A stretch of DNA of 64,000 nt, from NCBI RefSeq assembly GCF_001194135.2, contig NC_068982.1:68599262-68663261 (forward strand). Reading direction: 5' to 3'. Under the pieces are notes generated by a model. That model was not told the DNA's origin, searched no databases, and saw nothing but the letters and a program-made list of their open reading frames with translations. Within the stretch, counting starts at the first letter, position 1. Each line of letters opens with the position of its first letter. Position numbers and translations under genes: made by a program. Shown here piece after piece: positions 37,186 through 50,763 of this stretch. This stretch comes from Octopus bimaculoides. Its lineage: Eukaryota.

Positions 37186-39904
37186 GATATATATAATTAT
37201 GATATATTGTTACACGTCACCCACTCACTCACTCTCTCTTTCTTTCTCCCTCTCTCTCTCTCACTCTCTCTCCCCCCACTAATTTTCATTAGTGCTAATG
37301 ATGAATTTTGTTCTTAAAACCAGCTTGTTGCATATCCATCCATCTCTCCATCTTGCAAATCTTTCCCCTATTGTGTTTCATTTCATATCACACATTCAGT
37401 ACTTTATGAGCATGGTGGATAGTATAGTCTTAGATATACTACATCTAAAAAGAGGCAAGTTGAAGGCTTTTAATCATAAGTCTTTTTGATTAGGGCTCAC
37501 TTGAGGCTAAATGGCAACAACAGATTATAGTTAGGTGGGCTCATATCGTAAAAGCAAAGTGTTTTGACCATGGAAACAACATGGCATCAGCAACAGGACA
37601 TAATATGTCAACTCCTCATTGGTGTCACAAATAGTATAGCATCTTTCCATAAAATCCTACTTACTAGGCCTTGGCCTTGCCTGACTGAGATTCAAAAGTG
37701 AATCTAAGAATTCTCGTTTGCCAAATCCACCTGCTATTTACTGACCAAGCAGGAAAACCTCTTTGTCCACTTGTCCCACGACCTTGCTGTGTCAGGGAAA
37801 GTTCAAATAGATAGCAAGTGACCTGAATGGGTATAGGCTACTCTTATAATAGTATAACCATCTTTCTAGCTGGAATGGGCCATTATAAGTACCAGTGCTT
37901 CGCAAGCAGAAAATTAGAGAGAGAGCCTCAACCACCACATTGCAAAGTATTCCTGACCGCTGCAACTGAACACAATGACATTGGCAACTGCAGCTTTGCA
38001 GCAACGAATACAGCCATCCCTTCAGTTACTCTCTACCTCTCTCTCACTGGCATCTTCACTCTATCAACTACTGTTGAGAACAACACGGTATATATAAGCT
38101 TTACCCTACCAACTTTATGAATTTCCAGCCTCATACATTCTATCTCTCTCACATATCAATATCTAGCAGATAAGCCCAAGCAGAAACCCTACTACATGAA
38201 AACAATTAACTTGTTTGAATACTGTTTGTTTATATGTACACCTACCCATTGTGGTTTGGCATTCTGAAAAATCAAAAGAGAATAAAATTTGGCTCTAACA
38301 ACTTCGGCCACTGTCCTTCTTTCCTGGAGTCATCTTCATCTACTACACTGTTACAAAGGTATAAGGAGTTACAAAAAACGTACAAACAGTTCATTGGTTT
38401 TATATCACCTGCATATTTCATGTTAGCAAAATATTTCTAAATTATTTGAACAAACAATAAGAATAAATGAGATGATGAATTTCATCAAATATATTTTGCC
38501 CTTTACATTTGCAATAATAATAATCAGATAATTGTGCATTCGATTTTTACCCCCTACTTAATGTGAAGAGTACTTCAGCTATGAATCAATTGACCTTTTC
38601 AGTCTTTTACACAACAAACTCAAGAAGCAATCCATTTTTATTGCTTTGCTTTACTTTGTGTAAAGTGTTACGTTTGTTGTTTGCAATAAGAATCATCACA
38701 CAAATTTCTTTAAAAACAGAACATACAATCAGATCTTTGAAATCAAATTGAATTTTTATGCAAATCACTATTTTTATTAATGCTTAATATTGTGAAACCC
38801 TGTATCAAAATACATGACTATTCATTATGAATTATAATGACACCCAAAATGAACATCTGGCTTTTGTTATAAAACACTTATTTCAGGCTAACTAGAATAT
38901 TAAGTAGAATTACTTGAGAATATATAAAAAACATACAATACAAAGCAGGATTTGTGAGTATGAATCAATTTTCAGGGGTGAATTGCTAGATTTTATAGTT
39001 ATAGGGAGTCAAGTTTGAGTCTAGATAACATTTAGTATTTTAACAGAAACAGGTAATAAAGCTGCCATAAGGAAACTTTCTCACTGTTGTGAGAAATAAG
39101 TGGAGATTACTGTTGAGGTAATAAAATAATTTTTGATACTTTTTCGTTTTGCCAAAGATCAACTAAAGTAGAACTAACCAGTGCTACTTATTAACACTTA
39201 CAGTAAAATCAACCTCATTTATAAACAATATTAAGTCCATCAGGAACCTGCTATCGACTGTATATAATAGGGGAGTCTTGGGATAATTGCTCAACTTTTC
39301 TTCTTCCTGTTTCTTTTTTTTTTTTAATATTGTAGTCTTCAGAGACCTCTGTCCTCTAAAGCTAGTAAGATCAAAGCAATTGAATGACTCCAAATCAGTA
39401 ATTCCAGAAAAATCTTGGGAAGAGGAGGACTTTTAACAGGCCAATTTTTGGAGGATGAAGGATTGGTCAGAGTGAGTCCTAAGAGAGAGATAGAAGACAT
39501 ACACAATGTGTGTGGCCAAATAAAAGACGAGAGTTGAGTGAGCCTTAGTGGAGGTGACATAAGATCAACAAGTCTTGAAAAAAAGGAGTTATTTTCAGTA
39601 ACAGTAGAAAAGGCAGAGAGAGCAGGGCAATCTTGCTTATATCAACTGAGCAGCTTTTATGTTTTTTAATGCAGTTTGTATATGTATCAGCAACATCATC
39701 ATTATTATGGAAGAAGTATTCCATTGTGGAGTTATCTCAAATGAGCTCTGCAGAGTCAGCAACTATTGGGAGCAAAAAATGTTCAGGGTCAAAAGAAGTA
39801 GGCCAGTCTTTAGGATGAAGTTTCTGCTATGTTAAAAATATGAAATCTTCAGTAAAATTGGAGGGGATTGATTTCAATTTATTTGAGACTATGTTTGCAT
39901 GTGT

Positions 39905-40283
39905 GGAGGCGCAATGGCCCAGTGGTTAGGGCAGCGGACTTGTGGTCATAGGATCGCGGTTTTGATTCCCAGACCGGGCGTTGTGAGTGTTTATTGAGCG
40001 AAAACACCTAAAGCTCCACGAGGCTCCGGCAGGGGATGGTGGCGAACCCTGCTGTACTCTTTCACCACAACTTTCTCTTACTTCCTGTTTCTGTTGTGCC
40101 TGTAATTCAAAGGGTCAGCCTTGTCACACTGTGTTGCGCTGAATATCCCTGAGAACTACCTTAAGGGTACACATGTCTGTGGAGTGCTCAGCCACTTGCA
40201 TGTTAATTTCACGAGCAGGCTGTTCCGTTGATCGGATCAACTGGAACCCTCAATGTCATAAGCGACGGAGTGCCAACAACAAT
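39905..40283 (+). mobile_element. tRNA-derived SINE (second family), well preserved
   Basis: GGCGCAATGGCCCAGTGGTTAGGGCAGCGGAC (A box) ... GTTTTGATTCCCAGACC (B-box-like), ending in a (CAA)n tail. Diverged relatives at about 16825 and 57650. Confidence 0.75.
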
Positions 40284-40689
40284 GTTTGCATGCACAAAAT
40301 TGCTTATTTGATATGTTTTCCTGATGTTGAAGGAGACAAGAAGCCTCCGGAGGAAGAGCAGATTTTATATGAAATGTTTAGACTGCATGTAAATGAAACT
40401 TGAGTGAAAAAAAGAGGGAGAAGGTAAGAGTAGCATCATTTATATAGGAAGGGTATTGTTGAAGGTAATGACAAGTAAGTTATTGATGTATAGAAGGAAG
40501 AATGGGGAAGAGTGTGATCAAACCTTAGGTCAGAAAGATTCTCTCTTAGTCCATGCTGTAATAATGCGATCTCAGAGAAAGTATCCAATCCTAGAAATAG
40601 CTGTCAAATCTGACTCTTAACATAAACTGATGCCACTGATGCAGAAACTGAATCTTTGGTAGTCCACAACTCATTACATATACAATCCA

Positions 40690-41560
40690 AATTAATTACT
40701 TTTTTGCTTCCAAACCATCTCTTTAGGTATGTCTGTCCACATCCTACATACAATCAAAAATCACTGCCCTGAGTGGTCCATTCATAGATGTACTGCACCA
40801 GTTCATGTAAAAGAATAGATTTGACAATGCTTGAAGAAACCCCTGCCCTCACCCTTAGAAACTGGAAAACTTTTACCCATCATTACAACACCTATAAAAC
40901 CATCATCTGAACTTTGAAGGATGTTTCCTTTGCATCACATTCCTTGCAAGCTCTCTCACCTCTCAAACTGTAGTCAATCATTTTGATCCATTACCAAAAG
41001 GATCACTATCAACTTAATGGAATCTTCCTTTCTTCCCCTTTACACTCATAATGGTTCTGCAGCAGTATCCCCACAGAGGAAACCTCTATATTTGCTTTCA
41101 CTTTGCATCCAACCTCACTCTGCATATGGATGAAAATCTCCTAAACTATTTCTTTCCTCTCCACCAGATTCATCACCAGGCTCACATAAATGCTAAGTAC
41201 AAAAATACTTCTGATTGCTTCGTATCAATAAGTCTACTGGTCCTGATATTGTCCTTTTACATTACCCTCAATGTGACTCTTATGTTCTCTCTTTGCATGG
41301 ATATATACTTCATTCTTTGGAAATATGTTAAAGTGTGTCCCATTCCCAAGAAAAGCAAGCTTTCTGATATAACAAAGACCTTACCAACTACTGTCCTGTT
41401 ACACTCACTTCTAACATTTAAAGCCTGTCTTAAAGACAGTCATAAACAACAATCTTCTCCATTGCCTTGAATGTCTTTCTCTCTGTTAATACCACCAGTA
41501 TAACTTCCATAAATGCAAAAGATTTATAGGCAGCATACTCTTCTTGAATAGTAAACTCCT
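40690..41560 (+). mobile_element. Degenerate LINE reverse-transcriptase fragment (CR1/Jockey-like)
   Basis: Remnant translation NKSTGPD...WKYVKVCPIPKK...NYCPVTL. Similar to 46380-47200. Confidence 0.55.
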
Positions 41561-42718
41561 AAATTTAGCACTAATTTCAGTGCTCCATAAGTTTAAGACA
41601 TTTCACATTTGTTTATCAGCAGTTATGACAAAAGTAGAAGGAACACCATAAATTTAACAATCACTCTAATTTTATTCTACATTTCATTCCTATAAAAAGT
41701 TTTTAAGCTATAACTTTTGATGGTTCTATACAAATTTATTTTCTCATAATAAAAGAAACCAACAAAATCATTGGGAAATATGAAAAACAGTTTAATTTTC
41801 CACAAAATCATATTCAAACACAGCAACAGCTGTATATATTATTGCTGCAAAGGAGTTTGTTGCTTGAGTAACAGGAAAATGAAGATGTATTTCGTTGACT
41901 GCATGGATAATAACTGAAGTAAACCTGGGAACATTTAACTGAATACTTATTGTGGTATAAAGGTATTTGGTTTTTGTTATTTACCAAGAACAATATAAAT
42001 AATTGTTGACTGGAATAGAGAGAAAAATCATGCCATGTCCGTAGAAATTTCTTATGAAACAATGTATGGATGTTCAGAATTGGTCTGTGCAAGAACCTGG
42101 AGTTGTTTGTGCAAACGTCCAAGACCATCTGCCTGGTAAGGGTGGAGTCAGTCGCCTTCAACAGTGATTAATAAAAAGCCCCAAAAAGTTTTTAATATGG
42201 GACAAGAAGAACATAAAAAAAAATATATCACACTATAGTCTCTCACTGAGTGGTCATTTTATACTGATCATGTGAAACTATGGTTGTTCACTTGTGGTGT
42301 CTGATTGAGTGTCTAGCAGTTAGGTTTCAGATCACTGCTACATCATTATTTCAAGTCATAATGAAACAGAAATCTTTACAATTCATTGCATTTATGTTTG
42401 CAATATCATGACATTGAATACAACTCCAAAAAGAAAAGTTCTTGGAATATTTGTCAAAATACAATGTTAATCATTTGCTACCTATTTACCAACAGGTCAT
42501 AGACCCATGGGAGCAGAAAATCATAAAAGAAAAGGTGCTATTCTATTAGAAGAAGAAGAAGAAGTTCATTTAGGTAAAGAAACTTTTCGAAAAATTACAC
42601 TTTTATGATTTTCACATTAACAAAACCAGTGTCAATTACCAGTTACTTCCCTTTAAATTGATGCGTAGGCGTTAACAACAAGCCCATCTCACCGGTAAAT
42701 TAATTGATATCAGCCAAA

Positions 42719-45700
42719 ATGGAAATCGAGGATCATCCCATTGTATGCATTCTCATATTTTTATACTATATGCATACTTATTTTAAATCATTTTAATTTG
42801 TTGTTGATAAGTCTACAATCGATATTGGTTTACTCTCTTTTCGTTATCTTCCCATGTTTATGTTGAACTTGTCTTGCACTGTATTTTAACTTCTAATAAC
42901 ATATTGTTCATAATTATTTGAAGATTAATATTTTATTTATATATGTTCCTTCATATCCTTAATGTTAAAGTTTCATGTTAGCGTCTCTCATTTCACTCAC
43001 TAAGTAGTTTCACTTGATTTATTGCGTCAGGAAATAATAATTTCAATAAATAATTCTTTTTAAAATAATTGTATTTATAAGGATCAGAATGGTATTTGTA
43101 AAATGCGCACCACATTTCATTTATAATTGAATTTTTGAGATAAACGAAGCACAAATATTTTCAAACAGGAATTAAAATTGGATTCATTGAAATATTATTT
43201 CTTCGCAGCGCTCACTAAATGTTTCCCCTAAATTTTGTGTTCATATCAAGACAGATAAACACAAATTTAATATTTTATTTGTATTTTTCTGTTATAATCG
43301 AGTCAATGAGAAAACCCTCTATGAGGTCATTCTATTCGCGTGAGATAGCAGCCGCCCAATCATTCCCAAATTACAATCAACCATCATTGAAAACAGGCAA
43401 CTGCGCAGTGCATGAAAGATGAAATGGTCATTGTGAAAACACTTCTGATAGGTCTGTTCAGTCAGGTTTAATCTAAAGCTATACAGGGACAACATGATTT
43501 TAGACTACTTTTCATTTCCTGCCAGTTATTTATACTTTCCTTTCATATTTCGGGACCATTTTCGTACCTTTTACATTGCTAGGACATGAATATCCTTAAT
43601 GTTTCGGGTACTACTAAAGCAGCGCGGGGCACTGTCATGGTATTAGCTGTCAGAAGCGAAAGTAGAAAAATCTAAACAAGGAATGTTACTGCTGGTTTGA
43701 GTTTTTACAGATTTCAACTCAAACCAGCAGTAACATTCCTTGTTTAGATTTTTCTACTTTCGCTTCTGACAGCTAATACCATGACAGTGCCCAGCGCGGA
43801 CCCGAACGCGCAGTCGCGCGTCCGCGCTAGCTAGTCTTGAGTGGTCGATCCTAACCCTAACCCTATCCCTAACCCTAACCCTAACCCGCGTGTGCAAATG
43901 AATACGTATTTAGGGTTAGGGTTAGGATCGACCACTCACGACTAGCTAGCTCGGACGCGCGACTGCACGTTCGGGTCCGCGCTGCTTTAGTAGTACCATG
44001 TTTCGTGCTATTCAGTACCGCAGGTTATAGTTCGATTCTCTGTAAAGTACTGTCATTAATCTTTTTAGAGGTCAATAAAATAATTACGAAGATGTACTTG
44101 CATAGCAAGTGACCTGATCTGGGATTGTGTGCTGGAACGAAAACAGTAGCAACGGGGATGGTGTTTAGAAGCCATTTAAGAAACACACAAAAACCGTTAG
44201 ATTCACTTCAACATTTAAATTTAATTTGCCAAAATATTTTCGTCGCTTTGAGACCGCGACCTGTTCACTGACAAAATTCCATGCTGCTTCGAAATGACTT
44301 ATAAACACAATAAAATAATTACTTGTACAAAAAGCCTTGACTGAGTACATTAACTCAACCCTGGTTCTTAGCAAAAATCTGTCGATGCAGAATGCAATCT
44401 AATATGTTATCATGTATGTATGTTGATGCTTTTTAAGGAACAGTTCATGTTTACAAATCAAATCACTCGCTGATTAAAATGCATACATTCGAATTTCTAT
44501 TATACCAAAATATAATTCTCAATATTTTACAATTTTGATTTATTAACAGTTTTTTTCTTTACATTTATGCTTTATTGTTTTTATTTTAACAGATGAAAAA
44601 GATTAAACATTACAATATTACTGACGAGGCAGATTCGTACATGGTTTTTCATGTATATATGGATCTTTGTGAAGGTAAATATTTGAATGTGCAAATGGTA
44701 ACAACACAATTTAATCTATACTATGGATTAAATGGTGTAATTACTGTATGTATAAGTTTATTGTTATTAATTATAAATCCTAGCAGACCCATTGCTACAC
44801 ACTTCTTTGTAAGTATGTATTGAGCATACTATTGTTTTATTTTTTCTATTTTTGAGAATGGTGTCTTCTCAAGAAGATCCCAAGGCTGGCTCCCATTAGT
44901 TACTAATTCTCTACAAAGTTCTTTTTTTTTTTTTTTTGTGGTGAGGCATATATTGTGCTACACCACCACCTGACCTATGAGCAAAATTTGCTCTGTTGCA
45001 AGTATTTAACCCAAGCTCTTGCCAAGGTATTACCATGAGATTTCATAGTGCACCAAAACCTCTAGATCACCAAAACAAAAACTGAACCTGCTGATCAATT
45101 TCCTTTCTCTTCTCTAACATCCATGGTTTCTGATCCAATTTTGGCCTCCACACATCATCTCTTACTAATATGCAAACCACACATTACTCACTGAGACAGA
45201 AATCTCCCCACCCTTATCTATAGTCTATTTCTGCTGTCCAGACTACACTCTTTACTCAAACTTCATCCTGAAAGGTGCTGTCTGAATATAAGTACATTCC
45301 GCTCTCATCAGAAACAAAGACTTCTAATTATTTTGTTTCAAAGTCTGCTTCCTCTATTGCTTTCTAAACTTCTCAAATCCCCAATGTCTCTTCAACCATA
45401 TCTATTCTTACATGGGGGACATCTATCTAGGTGCAGACTGCATGGTTGAGAAGCTTGATTTGCAACTGCAGGGTTATGGGTTCAGTCCCAATACATGATA
45501 CTGTCTGTCATTATAGCCCTAGGCCAACCAATGTTTGTGAGTGAATTTGGTAGACAGAAACTATGTGACAGCCTGTTTTATATATATATTTATGTGTTTG
45601 TCTCCCCACCCACACACACACACTCTGCTTGAAAATCAGTGTTAGTTTGTTTATGTTCCCATAATGTAGTGGTTCAGCAAAACAGACCAATAGAGTAAGA

Positions 45701-48700
45701 ACTAGATAAAAAAAAAAGTACTAGGGTTGATTTGACTAAATTCTTCAAGGTTGTGCCCCACCATGGCCACAGTCCAATGACTGAAACAAGTTAAAAATAA
45801 AAGTTAAGAACTACTTTATCCTTCGCTGAAGTCTTCGTTCTCACACTCATCCCATGCTAGTGCTACTATTACTGAAACCAAATCTTTTACAATCCTTCAT
45901 TGTCAATATCAAGTTTTATACCCTACACCCATCATTGACTGACAAACAGACTCTGCTAGCACCCTTGATCTCTTTCTCACCCACCAAACTCAACCTTTAA
46001 TAAACTATCCTTTCCTACTCTAGGCACACGGCCCAACATTTTGGAGGAGGCGGGGGCCAGTCGATTAGATTGACTCCAATACACAACTGGTACTTAATTA
46101 ATCAACCCCGAAAAGATGACAGGCAAAGTCAACCTTGGCAGAATTTGAACTCAGAATGCAACGACAGACAAAATACCGCTAAGCATTTTGCTTGGCGTGC
46201 TAACGTTTCTGCCTGCTTGCCACCTCTTTAGTAAACTATCACCATCTCTGTACCTATTGAGTTGTTTAATCACTGCCTTGTTGTAACTACCTACCACATA
46301 TATAAACTGACACCCCCCACACACACAAACACATCTCCCAGCCTTATAGCACTTCAAGCTAGAGCTCTACTAGCAGTATACTTCAGTCCTGGCCCATCAG
46401 AAACAACTTCATAAGTGACTAAAATTATCCTCATACGTATATTCTTCCACATCCCCTACACAACTAAAATGTGCTGCAGCAGTTCATATAAAGAACATGG
46501 CCTACAATGCTTGAAGAGAATTCCTACCCTTACACATTGAATGGTCTTTACCTCGCATTGCAACACCTGTAAAAAGACAGTCAATAGGTGCTGCCACTCC
46601 TTTTAGTTCCTTGCCAAAAGGATTACTATCAACCTAGCAGATTCTTTCTTTCCTTCGCTTCTCAATCATAATGATTCTATAACAGTACTTCTATGAATAA
46701 GACTTCCCACTTTCATATCTGACTCCATATTGTACACATGTAAATCTCCCAAACTATTCCTTCACACTCCATCAAGTTCAAAACCATTCACACATACATG
46801 CCAAATGAGAGGCACTCCAGTTGGTTTAAACTAGCCCACCACTCCTGATCATGTTTCTTCCATTACTACCAAACAATGCAACCCAGAGCTAGCCCCTATT
46901 CTCACCAAACTTTCCAATCCCTTCTTTCTATTTGTCTGTCTGCCTCTCTTTCCATCTGTCTATCTGTCTCTCTGTGGATATGTTCCAATCTTTGGAAATA
47001 TGCTACAATATTTCCCAGTCTTATGAAGGTTTCTCCTTGCTTTTTGTTGTCCTATTCTACTCATTTCTAACATTCCAAATGTAACTGACACAGCCATTGA
47101 ACAACAATCTTCTCCATTACCTTAAATCTCTCTTATTTTGTAATAACCACATGGATATCCTACGTCACATCCAGAAAAAGAAACCATCTAAATGTCTTCT
47201 ATTATAGCCTTAGGCTGACCAAAGCCTTGTGAGTGAATTTGGTAGACAGAAACTGATAGAAGCCTTGGTTTCTCCACTCATTACAGTGACTCTTTCACCC
47301 CTGTCTCTTCCCTATCTCTCTCTCTCTCTCTCTCTCGTCCTCCCCCATCCCTACCCCAGCATGGTAGAATAAGATGTTGCACATGGAACAAGTTTTGAGG
47401 ACTGAGTGGTGTACTCATAGGGAGGGGTGTTACTGAAACTGAAAAGAAAGGTGTATAATACATGTGTGAAATATGTAAGATATGGATAATGAACATGGAG
47501 TGGTAGAGAAGGCTGGAAAGAACAAAAATGAGAGCAATTTAGTGGATAACAAGAGTATTATTGAGAGAGAAGACAAACAATGCATTGCAGAGGATGGTAG
47601 TAATTGAACCAGTGAGAGATATGAAGAGAAATGGAATGAGGTAGTTCTGTCATGTGATGAGGAAGGATGAAAATTGATGGGTGAGAGGCATGACAGAAAT
47701 GAATGTGGAAGGAAGTAGGGAAAAGGGAAGACCAAGAAAGACATGGTTAAAAGTAATATTGAAAGAAATAAGTGCAAGGGAGTCAGTGAGGGTGTGTGTA
47801 GAGTACAGGACAAAATGAAGACGACAATTATGGAGCCCACAAGAGTTAATCTCTTACAGCAGGAAAAATGAACTTAAATACTCATGTTATTTAAATTGGA
47901 ATTTTGGTATAATATTCTCTAAAGTTATTTTATTGTATTTGTTATGACTTGAAAATTCAAAATATTTGTAACAAGAGAATTTTTAACTCATTTCCAGATA
48001 ATTTAAACTTCTTTTCGAATATATTTTTATTGGTTTCTTTTCAGTTCAGAATTGGTGGAATGTACGTGTCCATATGTGTCCAGAACTGAACTTATTGTTC
48101 CTCTCAGGTCATCCAAACTGTAGTGAACCACAAGAAATTGTGCTACCTATTGAATGTACAAAACAGATTAGTCCTCAAGACTTAAAAAAATATACTTCAT
48201 ACCTCAAAGTAGAGAAATGTCCCAATGACAGGTGAGTTAATTTTGTTTACCTGATAATGTAAATATATTCTTTTGTAGGTCATTGCCCATGAACTCTTAA
48301 CAGACGAACTGTAGACAAAGTCCTTCATTGTGCACTAGTTATTAAGCTGGTCTGCAAAGAAGGGACTTCCAGTTAGACGGTAGATATGAGCTTAAATGGC
48401 CAATCATACTCCCGCTTACAGTGAAGATGATTGATGCAGAATAAATGATACTTCAACACACTCTAGTTTGTGGTTATTTTTATGTATGGCTCAACAAAAT
48501 CTATACTTCAGTCATTGGATTGTGGTTATACTTGGGTATTATGTTGAGGGGTTCAAGTCGATCAAATCATCCTCAGTATTTATTTTTTAGTACTTATTCT
48601 ATGAATCTCTAAGTTGCAAGGATGCAAACAAACCAACCAACCCATTTTGCCAAGCTATGAAACAGACCCAACGCTATGTGCACATGCACACACATACAGA

Positions 48701-49736
48701 CAACAGGCTTCTGTGCAATTTCTGCCTATCAAATTCATTCACAAGGCATTGGTCAGCTTTCTTTAAGTGCCATGCATTTATTGATATATGGACAAAGTAT
48801 AAAGCAAACTTCTGTAGGATTTCAGTTAATGAATTAACTTGACCACAATATATTAATATTTATTGATTTTGAAGGGATAAAAGACAAGTGGAGTTCAGAT
48901 TCAGAACATAACATACAGGAGAGAAATTCAGTTCTTCTACGTCTGAATTCTTGAGATTAAACTGAAAATAATTTAGGCTCTGATATTGCTCCATGTCATA
49001 TTTATATTTTATCTTTCATCTCGTCACAAATTAATAGGTACCAACACACAAGGGGTAATTTCATTGACAATATCCTTCCCTATCTAAACCCACTAAATCC
49101 TCTTTTCCCTTTTACTTAATGATCTGACTCCCACTTCTTGGAACTCTTATTTTTCTAATTCTTTTTCCTCAGAAATGCATGCTTTTAAGTCTCTACAACT
49201 CACTTTGAACTACTATACTAAAAGATTTTATACAGAACATGAACGTCATTAAGCTCTTGTATTGTTTCTTCTCCTTGTAAAGTAGCATAACCCTAGATGT
49301 CCTTGCCACATTGTCACCTATTCACTCTATCCACTCTCCTTTTTCTTACTAGTCCCTATAACCAATCCCTTTCCTTTCCTCTTTTCTTTGCCATACCCCA
49401 CCTCAAATTAGTTACTACTCTGTTACACTGTTACTCTCTCTACTTTGCATGTCAGATTTCTGAAACAGTAATTCTGTATCTTATCCATTTTGCTAGTTTA
49501 TCTTCCTTTTCTTTGTTTTGATTAAATTTCTACTTTCCTTTTTCAGTTTAACTGTTGCTGTCTATGAAAGTGATTCAACTATTGTATATCTCCGAGTCAA
49601 GGCAGGTCTTTTATTTCCTAACAATCCAGACACTGAAGCTCACTCATCGCAAGCTGTATGGAACAGAAATCTTTTTATGTCTCAAGAAGAAAAAGATTTT
49701 CATTTTCATCAGTTTCAACAAAAATACACTGGCTGA
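42719..49736 (+). CDS. TSEN15: tRNA-splicing endonuclease subunit Sen15; exons 42719-42742, 44593-44674, 48045-48231, 49547-49736 (about 160 aa)
   Basis: Spliced product: MEIEDHPI|MKKIKHYNITDEADSYMVFHVYMDLCE|VQNWWNVRVHMCPELNLLFLSGHPNCSEPQEIVLPIECTKQISPQDLKK...|SLTVAVYESDSTIVYLRVKAGLLFP...TG*. Matches the Sen15 motifs HP, AFLVYLDLME, PELQL and TLAIVESDSTIVYY. All GT-AG junctions are phase-consistent. Confidence 0.92.
43607..43997. mobile_element. MITE with GGTACTA termini, 8-bp TSD and internal telomeric repeats, carrying a nested MITE
   Basis: TSD ATGTTTCG at 43599-43606 and 43998-44005. About 85-bp TIRs with 3 mismatches ending in (CCCTAA)n/(TTAGGG)n. Confidence 0.9.
43628..43791. mobile_element. 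Nested 164-bp palindromic MITE (perfect 76-bp arms, 12-nt loop)
   Basis: TSD CAGCGCGG at 43620-43627 and 43792-43799. Arms 43628-43703 and 43716-43791 are exact reverse complements. Confidence 0.92.
44880..47200 (+). mobile_element. Degenerate LINE (AP-endonuclease and RT remnants) interrupted by SINEs, in TSEN15 intron 2
   Basis: HHLL..KPH...ETE-like remnant near 45150 and PDH...KQCNPELAPILTKL...WKYA near 46850-47010. Confidence 0.5.
46020..46228 (-). mobile_element. tRNA-derived SINE (third family)
   Basis: Reverse complement of GGCAAGCAGGCAGAAACGTTAGCACGCC...GTTCTGAGTTCAAATTCTGCC. Other copies at about 3905, 9962, 18190 and 31760. Confidence 0.7.
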
Positions 49737-49939
49737 CTGTTGTAAAGAACATTCCAATTTGAATCTCTTCCAAACTAGCATATATTTCTTGTGTTAGTTT
49801 TTATGATTATAGCTGTTATCAGCTAATATAATGGCTTTTTTGGACATGTTTTAAACTCTGTTGACATGAAAAGAAGGGAAAAAATTTAAAAACATATGTA
49901 GTATTTGAATCATAAAGATTTTTTTATATATATACATTC

Positions 49940-49972
<33 letters not shown>

Positions 49973-50726
49973 AAGGACCGTCTGTGTGCTTGTGTACCTG
50001 AATGCATGCATGTACATTTGTGTGTATGTGTGTTTATTGGTATAAAAATTCTTGATACTGTCACAATATTTGAAGAAAGATTTTCTTAAATTAAAAATTA
50101 TTAATTAGACAAAAATATTCTCTAAAAACAAAGAAACTGAAAAATACAAACCATGTGAAAGGAAGCTTTTTTCCTTAAGGTTTGTGTTGATCATTGTTTT
50201 AAATATATATATATATATATAGTTATATTATTCTATTCTGAAATAATATTTTACTTTAAAAGAACTATTTCAAGAAGATTGTTACTCATTTGGGATTTAT
50301 CAATTGTTTATCAAGTTTATAGTATTATTGAATTTAGTGTCCTGGCAAACCAAGTTTGCAACCAGCTTTTCTATTCCTATGTGAAGCCAGTTTACTTCAC
50401 TTATGTTGTTAATATCTTTTGGAAAGGCATGAATGTTACAATTGCCCATTCCATTTCTCCAATAGACATTTTCCTTCTCTTGTTAAATGTTGTAGAAAAC
50501 ATACAATCAAACAAAGAAAACATACAGAATAAATTGCATAGTTTGTTTTCTATAACAAACACAAAATGGGAATACATATTCTTTATTTGTTGCCAATAGT
50601 GATGTAGTTTGACTACAACAGGATAAAGTTATTGTTAATTTAAAAGGGGCCACAATAGTACCTTTTAAATCAAGGAATGTTGCTCAAATGTTCTGAAACG
50701 GCAATCTTATAAGGAGTGTTGGAGTA

Positions 50727-50763
<37 letters not shown>

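Noticed and set aside
38234-39560. Additional gene between KNL1 and TSEN15
   Set aside because: Short ORFs with no recognisable protein and no phase-consistent exon chain. The 39339-39560 frame looks more like LINE debris.
39905-39980. tRNA gene
   Set aside because: The tRNA-like head continues into a SINE body and (CAA)n tail, and no complete cloverleaf is evident.
43850-43926. True telomere or chromosome fusion site
   Set aside because: The repeats are few and lie inside a TIR element bounded by an 8-bp TSD.
48279-48300. Alternative TSEN15 terminal exon (RSLPMNS*)
   Set aside because: It needs an intron of only about 47 nt and would delete the conserved ESDSTIVY strand.
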